Positions 9,957-18,307 of a stretch of DNA of 64,000 nt are shown one piece after another. The number at the start of each line of letters is the position of its first letter. Position 1 is the first letter of the stretch. Source of the DNA: Clostridia bacterium (lineage in GTDB: Bacteria > Bacillota > Clostridia > TANB77 > CAG-508); NCBI GenBank assembly GCA_017404545.1, contig JAFRCC010000006.1:8-64007 (forward strand), written 5' to 3'. The position numbers and the translations under genes are program-made. The notes under the pieces are model-generated. The model was not told the DNA's origin. It did no database searches and was given only the letters and a program-made list of their open reading frames with translations.

Positions 9957-11936
9957 ATGGCTTATAATCCAAAAGGACTGTTAAAAAAGTTCATCGAAGA
10001 TAATTATTCAGATGAAATTGAAGAATGCAAGTCATTACACCGACAGTCCAAAGTTAGTATTGATTTTGTAAAATTGAATCAATACCTCTTAGATGAAAGC
10101 GGTAAAGATTTTTTTCATTGGCGGATGTATTCATTCATTCCCGCTATTGAAGAATTTTACAATACTAACTTAACTCCAAAAGAACATATCAGTTTTAAAT
10201 TCATTAATGTACCTGAAACAGTTGAATTGCATAACTTAGACGCTACTAACAACAAAGAATGGATTTCTTGTAAAGCGATGGTTAAAAACATCACAGATAT
10301 TCGAGTAGACTTGAAACAAGCCGTTTATGAATGTCAAGAATGTCTTAAATTAACCGTCGTTAATGTGGCTGATAGTAATAATATTTTAATTCCGACTGTT
10401 TGTGAAAAATGTCAAGGAAAAAGGTTGAAACTTCTGAAAGATAGTAGCAATTACAGAGATTATCGACTGGTTAAGCTTGAAGAACCTTTAGAACTGCGAA
10501 AGGGAGGCAGTACAAGAGAATTAAAAGGCTATATGCAGGATTATCTTGCGAGCCCTTATCATAATATCAAAGCGGGAGATGTTGTCGATGTTACTGGAGA
10601 ATTTAGGGTTGAACCTCGTAAAGTACGGGGAAAATCAGACGGCTTTGAATTTCTAATCGATATTCATAATATAACTCCCGTTGATGATGCTTTTGAAGAT
10701 TACCGTTTGACTGAATCTGATAAAGAGATGATAATTGAGTTATCTAAAAGGGACGATATTTATGATTTGTTAGTTAATACTCTTGCTCCTGAAATCTTCG
10801 GTCATAAAACTGTCAAAGAAGGCTTAATTTTGCAGTTATTTGAAGGAAGCAGACCGGTCGATGATGTTTTCAAGAATAATAGTATGGAGAGATGGACTTC
10901 TCATATCCTTTTGATAGGTGACCCGGGAATTGGAAAATCTCAATTGGTAACTGCTGTTAATAAAAGAGCTCCTAAAATCATCAGTATTGCAGGAACTAAT
11001 ACAAGCCAATCCGGACTTACAACAAGCGCCGTAAAAGACGAACTAACGGGGACTTGGACGATGGAAGCCGGCGGTGTAATCCTTGCAGATACTGGTTTAT
11101 TGTGTATTGACGAGTTCGACAAATTAACTCCTTCAGCTCAAAAAAGTCTTAATGAACCGATGGAGCAATTATCAGTATCATCTGCTAAAGCCGGTTTGGT
11201 TCAAACTATGACTGCTAGAACCAGTATATTGGCAGTAGCCAATCCTAAGTATTCTAAATTCATGGATTCAAAACCTATGAAAGAACAATTGGATATTGCC
11301 GATTCTACGCTATCTAGGTTTGATTTAATATTTGTTCTAAGGGACAATGTTAATGAAACTAAGGATAGAAATTTGGCTAAAACTCTATTGACTAAAAATT
11401 CTATTGATAATGATGTAGAAACTCTATCTGACGATTGTTTTAAAAAATATATTACTTATATGAAGGCTAATTGCTTTCCAGTTTTGACTGACGAAGTAAT
11501 TGATATTTTATCGGAGTTCTATGTAGAGGTAAGACAACAAGCTAGCAAAAGTTACGATGGCAAACCGATTACTGCAAGGGACTTGAAATCTTTAGAGCGT
11601 TTAACAATTGCCCGTGCTAAATGCGAGGGCAGAACTACAACGAAAGTTGAAGATGCTAAAGAAGCTATACGGATTTATAGTGAAAGTTTATACAGCTTAG
11701 GTTTGGACTTAACAACAGCGGGCGAGCTTGTAGGTGTTGCCTCTAACAAAGAAATGGATATAATTTTGGAAGTTGATAAAATGGTGAAAGCTAAAGCTGA
11801 ATATGAAGGACTTCCTTTGTCTAGTGAAAGTATACAGAATTTAAAACACGAATGCGGAGTATTATGTCAAGGTACTAATCTGGACTATAATGTCGTTGTG
11901 GAAGATGCAATAACGAAATTCGAAAAAAGACTATAA
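9957..11936 (+). CDS. mcm: MCM-family replicative helicase
   Basis: C4 zinc finger (CQEC...CEKC), Walker A ILLIGDPGIGKSQL, Walker B LLCIDEFDKL, arginine finger SRFDLIFVL. Confidence 0.9.
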   Translation: MAYNPKGLLKKFIEDNYSDEIEECKSLHRQSKVSIDFVKLNQYLLDESGKDFFHWRMYSFIPAIEEFYNTNLTPKEHISFKFINVPETVELHNLDATNNKEWISCKAMVKNITDIRVDLKQAVYECQECLKLTVVNVADSNNILIPTVCEKCQGKRLKLLKDSSNYRDYRLVKLEEPLELRKGGSTRELKGYMQDYLASPYHNIKAGDVVDVTGEFRVEPRKVRGKSDGFEFLIDIHNITPVDDAFEDYRLTESDKEMIIELSKRDDIYDLLVNTLAPEIFGHKTVKEGLILQLFEGSRPVDDVFKNNSMERWTSHILLIGDPGIGKSQLVTAVNKRAPKIISIAGTNTSQSGLTTSAVKDELTGTWTMEAGGVILADTGLLCIDEFDKLTPSAQKSLNEPMEQLSVSSAKAGLVQTMTARTSILAVANPKYSKFMDSKPMKEQLDIADSTLSRFDLIFVLRDNVNETKDRNLAKTLLTKNSIDNDVETLSDDCFKKYITYMKANCFPVLTDEVIDILSEFYVEVRQQASKSYDGKPITARDLKSLERLTIARAKCEGRTTTKVEDAKEAIRIYSESLYSLGLDLTTAGELVGVASNKEMDIILEVDKMVKAKAEYEGLPLSSESIQNLKHECGVLCQGTNLDYNVVVEDAITKFEKRL

Positions 11937-11951
11937 GGAGTACTATAATTA

Positions 11952-11990
11952 TTACACGTGTACACGGGTTACACGGGTACCCGTGTAATA
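11952..11990. promoter_or_regulatory. GC-rich palindromic element: ACACGTGT (11954-11961) plus a 20-bp perfect palindrome TTACACGGGTACCCGTGTAA (11969-11988)
   Basis: Read directly. Lies between the mcm stop and the RHH gene start. GC-rich in an AT-rich genome. Confidence 0.6.
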
Positions 11991-12038
11991 TTTACGGACG
12001 GGTGATGCCCTTTTAGAAAAAAAGTATTATTAATCGAG

Positions 12039-12506
12039 GTGGTAAGTATTACTAAAAAGAATTTTACTATAACTGTCGATGAAGATTTGGTAAAAAAGGC
12101 TAAAAAGCAAATACCTAATATAAGTAAATTTGTTGAAGATTGCTTAAAATGTTTCTTAGGTATGGGAAACAAGCAAGTTTCAACAAGTAGACAATACGAA
12201 CTGATACAAACTATAAGTAAATGTCAATTAGAACTGCATTTAATGAATGAGAAAAGTAACATTGAAAAATCTAGAAAAGAAGCTGAAACTGAAGAAATTA
12301 ATCTTGTTTGGAGGAAATTATACGCCGAGTATAGAGATACAAGAAAAATTGACTCTGCTAAGCTAAAAGAGGCTGAAAAAATATTAGGAGTTTCTAGTGA
12401 GGAGCTAACTGATATTATTGAAGTCTTATTTGTCTATCACAACGAAACTGAAATAGACATTACAGATTGGTTCGAGGTTTACAATGAATACGGGTACGGT
12501 GATTGA
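12039..12506 (+). CDS. ribbon-helix-helix (CopG-like) DNA-binding protein with a C-terminal acidic domain; GTG start
   Basis: N-terminus KKNFTITVDEDLVKKAKK...ISKFVEDCLKCFL fits the RHH beta-alpha-alpha pattern. RBS CGAGGTG. Confidence 0.5.
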   Translation: MVSITKKNFTITVDEDLVKKAKKQIPNISKFVEDCLKCFLGMGNKQVSTSRQYELIQTISKCQLELHLMNEKSNIEKSRKEAETEEINLVWRKLYAEYRDTRKIDSAKLKEAEKILGVSSEELTDIIEVLFVYHNETEIDITDWFEVYNEYGYGD

Positions 12507-12584
12507 TAAAATAAGAAACGTTACAACCTAAATAGTCGAATATTATTCAAATTAATCAAAATATCAAAAAACGAGCTGATAAAT

Positions 12585-13118
12585 ATGATTAGTATATATG
12601 AAGATTTTGTAAAGGATTATAATAATCCTAATATCACTGGAGAAGACATTAGGAGATTGAATCACCTAAACGCTCATCAGTATAGCAAATTAAGAGCTAA
12701 AGCATTAGATAATGGTGATATTTCAACTCCTAGACATATGAACACCACCGGCGCTAAATTCTACACTAAAACTAAACGTGGAGATTTTATTGTAAAGAAA
12801 CAATACGGCAACAAGACTGTTTTAGTCGGCAGATTTCCTGATCAAGCTACAGCAGAGATGATAGTATCTTTGTGTAAAAGAGTAAATTGGGATTTAAAAC
12901 AAATATCTAGCGTCATCGACGAAAATAAAGTCAAACCTAAAAACTACACCTACGTCAATGGATATTATATTGTAGAAAAACGAATAAACGGGAAAAGGAT
13001 TGTTTTCTATCGTGGGAAACACGAGGCTGAAGCAATCCATCTAGTAAATGAGCTAAGAAAAAACGATTGGGACAAATCGAAGGTGAATTTAATACTTGAT
13101 GAAATGAGTTTGAACTAA
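12585..13118 (+). CDS. tandem AP2-like DNA-binding domain protein
   Basis: Two repeats resembling AP2/integrase-type DNA-binding domains (GDFIVKKQYGNKTVLVGRFPDQATAEMIV; NGYYIVEKRINGKRIVFYRGKHEAEAIHLV). Start carries the GAGCTGATAAATATG motif. Confidence 0.4.
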   Translation: MISIYEDFVKDYNNPNITGEDIRRLNHLNAHQYSKLRAKALDNGDISTPRHMNTTGAKFYTKTKRGDFIVKKQYGNKTVLVGRFPDQATAEMIVSLCKRVNWDLKQISSVIDENKVKPKNYTYVNGYYIVEKRINGKRIVFYRGKHEAEAIHLVNELRKNDWDKSKVNLILDEMSLN

Positions 13119-13304
13119 TCTATATATCGTGGTGGAACTTTACTAGGAAAAACCAGTTGAATAAATCTCTCAAAGGTCTGATAAATCTAACAGCAAGAGG
13201 TGTAAGCCTCTGTTGTTAAATTTAATCAATCCTTTGATAATTCAATTTTGAAATTTTTTTGAAAATCTAGACGAAAACAACCAAACCATTAGGAGAATGA
13301 TAAA

Positions 13305-13502
13305 ATGATGGATTTAGAAGCCTACGGAATATTAGGATACATAGTTTTAATAGTTTTTATAATTTTAGTGCGTATTGTTGCAGTTATGATAGTAGCAGGC
13401 GCTATTGCTACTTATATTGGCTTAAACGGTCTTTTATGGTGGTGCAGTGCTATTGTAATATTTCTATTAATAAACGCCGTAATAAGTGGATTGAGCAAAT
13501 GA
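13305..13502 (+). CDS. small two-TM membrane protein
   Basis: ORF with RBS AGGAG; strongly hydrophobic. Confidence 0.45.
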   Translation: MMDLEAYGILGYIVLIVFIILVRIVAVMIVAGAIATYIGLNGLLWWCSAIVIFLLINAVISGLSK

Positions 13503-13638
13503 GGAGGGACGATGTTAAATTATATCTTAATAGGAGTTTTATTTTCCTATTTTTTTATTGTAATCTACGCAGGAATTGAAATATTATTTGAGAACTTAAA
13601 CGAATCTGATGAGTAAATAGTAAAGAAGGTGATTAGCA

Positions 13639-14307
13639 ATGAACGTAACAATCGATACTAGGGAAACAGACAGAATACGTCCGGCAATATTTTTCTTTTC
13701 TATTCGTAATAACGTTTCAGTTGAAGAATTGGAAACTGGGGACTATATATTTGAGGACAAGGGAAAACAAGCCGTTTTTGAATATAAAACCATGTCTGAT
13801 TTTATTAATTCAGTTTCAGAAGGTCGAGTGTTTAATCAAGCGATTGATCAAAGTAATGAGTTTATCAATCATTTCGTCATTATAGAAGGCACCGATGAGG
13901 ACAGAAAAAAGGAGTCAGAACGAAAGTATTGGACTAGTGGTGTAAATTTCACTAAAAAACAATTCTACGGTGCAATTGCTAGATTAAATACGTTTACAAC
14001 TGTTCTACGTGTTCCGGATAGAAAAACCGCTTTTGAGGTGATGGAGCAACAAGCTAAAAAATGTTTTGACGACAAAGTGCTCGCTAAGACATTTCCCAAA
14101 TCCGAAGGCAATTCAGCATTCAGATATTTGAGTTATTGTTGTCGAGGAGTGGGCGCTAAAACTGCTGAAAAAATTGTTCAAGAGTTAAAATTAAACAATC
14201 TAGAGGACATTTTAAATCTTAAAAAAGAGGATTTGATGAGCATTCATCGTATCGGTGCGACTACCGCAGATAATATACTTTCGCAAATACGTACGGACAT
14301 TTCATAA
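13639..14307 (+). CDS. XPF/ERCC4-family nuclease-like protein with C-terminal HhH2 domain
   Basis: GDY...EYKTMSDFINS resembles the ERCC4 GDY...ERK...DL motif, with Tyr replacing Arg. C-terminal GVGAKTAEKIVQEL...IHRIGATTADNIL is a tandem helix-hairpin-helix. Confidence 0.5.
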   Translation: MNVTIDTRETDRIRPAIFFFSIRNNVSVEELETGDYIFEDKGKQAVFEYKTMSDFINSVSEGRVFNQAIDQSNEFINHFVIIEGTDEDRKKESERKYWTSGVNFTKKQFYGAIARLNTFTTVLRVPDRKTAFEVMEQQAKKCFDDKVLAKTFPKSEGNSAFRYLSYCCRGVGAKTAEKIVQELKLNNLEDILNLKKEDLMSIHRIGATTADNILSQIRTDIS

Positions 14308-14341
14308 GATTTCAAGCGCTGAAACGTTTAAAAAAAGCATA

Positions 14342-14377
14342 TACATATATGTAACCCCGCTAAATCTATAATTAACG
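14342..14377 (+). promoter_or_regulatory. promoter-like bipartite element TACATATATGTA-N12-CTATAATTAACG
   Basis: Same architecture and spacing as the elements at 53433-53468 and 54212-54247. ATG of the next gene 20 nt downstream. Confidence 0.5.
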
Positions 14378-14396
14378 ACTTATGGAGATGTAAATT

Positions 14397-14873
14397 ATGA
14401 TTCTAGTAAAAAGCGAAATTGAAAACATGAACGTGACTGTAGAAATCGATGAAAACGGAGACCACCACAAATGGAGCGGTTGTCCTTCTATTAACTGTGA
14501 AGGAAACTCTTATCTTTTTGAGTCCTGTGATGTTTTAGCTGTAGTTAAAGCGGTTAAAACCTCCGAAACTGTTGAAGAATTTATCGAAAAAGTTTCTGGA
14601 GATAAGACTTGGAAAAAAGAAAGACTTGCAGAACCAATTATTAAAGCAATTAACAAAAGAGAAGTTGATAAAGTGAAATCCGAAGTAATTAAAGTGTTAG
14701 ATTACAGCTTTACCGACGACAACAAAGAATTATTCGAGTTCAACTCTGAAGATAACGACTGCTTAGACTGTTGCTTAAAACACTACGCTAACGCTTATGA
14801 TGGTAGATTTGATAAACTTGACGAATGCGAACAAATTAGATACTTAGTGCAATCAGCTTTAGCTGATTGCTAA
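14397..14873 (+). CDS. hypothetical Cys-rich protein
   Basis: ORF with RBS GGAGATG. Confidence 0.45.
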   Translation: MILVKSEIENMNVTVEIDENGDHHKWSGCPSINCEGNSYLFESCDVLAVVKAVKTSETVEEFIEKVSGDKTWKKERLAEPIIKAINKREVDKVKSEVIKVLDYSFTDDNKELFEFNSEDNDCLDCCLKHYANAYDGRFDKLDECEQIRYLVQSALADC

Positions 14874-14895
14874 ATTCTTTTATTATGGTGATATT

Positions 14896-15117
14896 ATGTA
14901 CGTTAAAGATTTAAAACAACTCTTGGCTAAATGTGATGAGAACGACGAAATTACTTTCATCTTTGATGAAAGCGAAAGCGTTTCATGGGATAGAGGCAAC
15001 GGCTTGAAAGAAGCAACTCAAGTTAATGTTACCGGCTACAAAATTAACGGTAAAATTGCATTAACCAATGGATTTAGCGCTAAATTGCTTAAAGGAGATG
15101 AAGCTCCTATATTTTAA
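14896..15117 (+). CDS. hypothetical protein
   Basis: ORF with RBS GGTGAT. Confidence 0.4.
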   Translation: MYVKDLKQLLAKCDENDEITFIFDESESVSWDRGNGLKEATQVNVTGYKINGKIALTNGFSAKLLKGDEAPIF

Positions 15118-15378
15118 ATTTTTTAAAAAAGTGGTGATATTATGTTTATCAGTGAAATAGATGTTGTTAAAGAATTTATAGGTGAATACGGGGTTGATTT
15201 AACTTTAGGTGAATTGTTAGAAACCTTAGAGGAAAATGCTGAAATGAACGGGTGGATTGTATGTTAAATGATTTAGTAGTCTACGATATTGATTTATCTG
15301 AAGAGGAATATGGGCTTTTGTTAGAAGATGAAGAATTATGTGAGGAATTTTACGAGGAATTGTTAGAATTGTATTTAG

Positions 15379-15675
15379 GTGATTAAAATGAGTTATTTAG
15401 ATTGGAATACTGAATGTAATGTAATAGATATGCTTAATCGTGAAGCTTATTATGCTTTCAACAGAACTATCGGTTTTAGAGATTCTGAAGTTGTAGATTA
15501 TGAAAGCGACGAAATAATCGAATGCTTTGAGCTAAATTTCATCAATAAGAGCAAAAACATGGAAATCGTCGAGTATTTGAAAAACAAAATGGGTGAATTT
15601 GGTTTGAGTTTCTACAGATTAGATAAAGGAACTTGGCTAGGTGAAGTGCAATACAAACTATACTTCACTAAATAA
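15379..15675 (+). CDS. hypothetical protein
   Basis: ORF with RBS AGGTGAT. Confidence 0.4.
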   Translation: MIKMSYLDWNTECNVIDMLNREAYYAFNRTIGFRDSEVVDYESDEIIECFELNFINKSKNMEIVEYLKNKMGEFGLSFYRLDKGTWLGEVQYKLYFTK

Positions 15676-15703
15676 ATTTATTTTTACGGATAGGTGATTT
15701 AAA

Positions 15704-15931
15704 ATGGTAAGACGTTATTTGAAAACAATTTTGAAAGAACAGAACATCGACTTTGAAGAGGACGAGAACAGCTTTATTATATATTGCGAAGGAAATGAAG
15801 CCAAATTCATGAAGATGTTTGATATAGTGAGTAAACGCATAGAAAATTGGACTTATTATTTGGAACTTCCTTTAAACATCAAAATCGACACTACAACTGA
15901 AAAGATTGTAATAGAGTATTGGGAGGCTTAA
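15704..15931 (+). CDS. hypothetical protein
   Basis: ORF with RBS AGGTGAT. Confidence 0.4.
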   Translation: MVRRYLKTILKEQNIDFEEDENSFIIYCEGNEAKFMKMFDIVSKRIENWTYYLELPLNIKIDTTTEKIVIEYWEA

Positions 15932-16242
15932 AAATGGTTTGGAGAGGAGATATTGAAAAACACTACGAAAATGTTGATAAAACCTACGCTGTCCTCGACC
16001 TCATAGATAATGATCAGATAACAGCAAAAAATGAGTTACGTGAGGTAATCCGTAGAGAACTACAATTATCATGTGAGTGCATCATCGATTGGCTAGATGA
16101 CTCCAATAATGAAAATTCCCGTAAATCCAAAAGATACCTCGAGAGTCTAGAACTAGGATATGATATTTGCGTAGTCCTCGAGGTTAGAACTTTTATTTAT
16201 CAATTACTCGATAAATCATTCTCTGATTTGATTAATTCCTAA
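15919..16242 (+). CDS. hypothetical protein
   Basis: ORF. Confidence 0.4.
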   Translation: MGGLKMVWRGDIEKHYENVDKTYAVLDLIDNDQITAKNELREVIRRELQLSCECIIDWLDDSNNENSRKSKRYLESLELGYDICVVLEVRTFIYQLLDKSFSDLINS

Positions 16243-16537
16243 GATTACTATTTTTTTTCAATGAATTTTACTTTAGAACTATTTTTAATTTTCCGATTAC
16301 ATAACAAATGCTCTCTCGGAAAAAGCGTATATTTTATATTTGTACTAATATACAACTAGGAGTCACATATTTCAGTTCGACTTTTTTTTATTTGTGAAAA
16401 GTTGGTTTTATTGGTGATGGTTGAGAACCTGAAAATGTGACTTCTTACTCTATTTTTAAATTTAGAACGTGCAGATTTTGTTTTATGTTAATAAAAAATC
16501 AAAATTATCCTTTTAAGAAAAATCCGAATAGGATATA

Positions 16538-16945
16538 TTAATATTTGCTATTTATTTTATAAATATCGAATTCTTCAAATATTAATCCAAAAGGCATATT
16601 TAAAAAAATACACCTAGCGCAATTTTCATTAATAAATTCATAAAAGATGGAAGTAATTCTTTTATCTAATCCCCAATCATTTATTCTAGTTGTAAATTTA
16701 TCATCAATTAAATATTTGATAATAAAACTATCTTTTTTAAAATTAATCTGAAATTGAAAGACTTCCCCGTTATATACTAATTCATAATCAATTGTTTTAG
16801 TAACGTAATTATTTTTTAATTCTAATTCAATGAGTTGTTCTAATACTTCATCAAAAGTACAATTTTGCTTTTCTTTGATTTGTTTTAATATATTATAAGT
16901 TTTTATCGGAACTGTAGTGTTGGTTTGATTTATAGGGTTAGGCAT
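16538..16945 (-). CDS. hypothetical protein, downstream partner of a small RHH gene
   Basis: ORF on the minus strand directly abutting a 43-aa RHH-like ORF. Confidence 0.4.
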   Translation of the reverse strand: MPNPINQTNTTVPIKTYNILKQIKEKQNCTFDEVLEQLIELELKNNYVTKTIDYELVYNGEVFQFQINFKKDSFIIKYLIDDKFTTRINDWGLDKRITSIFYEFINENCARCIFLNMPFGLIFEEFDIYKINSKY

Positions 16946-17077
16946 TCATAACAACTCTTTATAATAGGTTTCGGTTAATCGAGTAATTACTTCAGAAATA
17001 GTTTCACTATTATTTATTTTGCATTGCTCTAATTTGTTTTTTGTATTTTTTTTGAAAACTATTGTTTTTCTATTCAT
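16946..17077 (-). CDS. small ribbon-helix-helix-like protein (43 aa; possible antitoxin or regulator)
   Basis: MNRKTIVFKKNTKNKLEQCKINNSETISEVITRLTETYYKELL: beta-strand then two short helices. No gap before the 16538-16945 gene. Confidence 0.35.
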   Translation of the reverse strand: MNRKTIVFKKNTKNKLEQCKINNSETISEVITRLTETYYKELL

Positions 17078-17215
17078 ATTTTATAGATTTATTCTTTCAA
17101 GTTTTTAAATTATCGTTTTGTATAATTCAATAATAAGATTAATCCAACTCATTAACGAAATAAGGCGCTAAGTAATTATTAACCTTCAATAAGGTTGTTG
17201 TTTAATCTTCAGTTG

Positions 17216-18307
17216 TTAATTTTCCATTAAACTTTCTTTTTCGGAGATATAATTTGAATAAATTTGTTTTTGAATATGTTTTTTATATTTAGTTAATTGT
17301 TCTATCTCTAAATTTATCATATATTGTTCCATATACTCATAATCTGGTTCGCCTTTATTGTCAGTAGGAACTAATATTATTTGTTCTCTCATTCTTTTAG
17401 CATTAAATTTATATCCATACATATATTTTACTTTTTGTTTCAGAATTATGGTTTTAAAGAATAATAACACGTGTTTATTGTCAGCATAGTTTTTTAAGTG
17501 AAATCTTTTTACATCATCGCTGAATAAGCAAGTATAAGGATGATAAAAGTTTTCTACTACGCTTCCATTATAATTAACACCTAATACATTTTTATCAATT
17601 GAATTATTGGAATTACTAACGTAATTAGTAATTCCATTGTTTAAATATGTTGCACCAATAAATGGAGTTGAGCCTGGGCTCATATTTGCTTTAGTTAATC
17701 TTTTTCCAGATGAAATTTTAAATAAATCTCGGATATAAAACTGACTCCAATTTTTATTCTCTAATGGTTCTAAGTCCTTATAAGTTAATTTATTTATTTT
17801 TTGATTTAAGTATTCTAAGTATTTATTTAACTTTTCTTGTTCTAAATTTAACATATAATTTCTCATTAAGTCCCAATCAGGATATCCATCGCTTAAAATA
17901 GGTAATTGGATTGTAAGTTCTTCAAATCTAGTTTTTGTTAATCCATACCCGTGGTTGAATATCCCATGATATTTGTTCAGAAGAGATACTATGAAAATCA
18001 TATGGTATTTTGTTAATTCTATAATTGGTCTTAAAACAAAAACGGTACTTTTATTTGCAAAAACTGTGGGCTGATAATAGGATAATCCAGCTCCCCCATC
18101 TCCTTGTTTATTCCAAGTAATAGCATGTTTATCATTAAGTTTTTCAATATTTACAAAAGCATCTACTCCGTTTTTCATCTTTTTTGCAGATATTAGTGGA
18201 TAAGCTCCTTCAGGTAAGTTTTGTGAATCGGAAATATCATTTTCAGTTTCTAATGAAAATATATCAGATACTTTAAAAGTTCCCCAATCTTTATTATAAA
18301 TGTCCAT
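17216..18307 (-). CDS. hsdS: type I restriction-modification specificity subunit (two target-recognition domains)
   Basis: 363 aa with duplicated halves and conserved coiled-coil spacers (LEQEKLNKYLEYLNQKI; LEIEQLTKYKKHIQKQI). Immediately downstream of hsdM. Confidence 0.7.
   Translation of the reverse strand: MDIYNKDWGTFKVSDIFSLETENDISDSQNLPEGAYPLISAKKMKNGVDAFVNIEKLNDKHAITWNKQGDGGAGLSYYQPTVFANKSTVFVLRPIIELTKYHMIFIVSLLNKYHGIFNHGYGLTKTRFEELTIQLPILSDGYPDWDLMRNYMLNLEQEKLNKYLEYLNQKINKLTYKDLEPLENKNWSQFYIRDLFKISSGKRLTKANMSPGSTPFIGATYLNNGITNYVSNSNNSIDKNVLGVNYNGSVVENFYHPYTCLFSDDVKRFHLKNYADNKHVLLFFKTIILKQKVKYMYGYKFNAKRMREQIILVPTDNKGEPDYEYMEQYMINLEIEQLTKYKKHIQKQIYSNYISEKESLMEN

Noticed and set aside
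11969-12172. Minus-strand ORF 11969-12172
   Set aside because: Overlaps the GC-rich palindrome and the start of the RHH gene; hydrophobic, low-complexity translation; more likely spurious.
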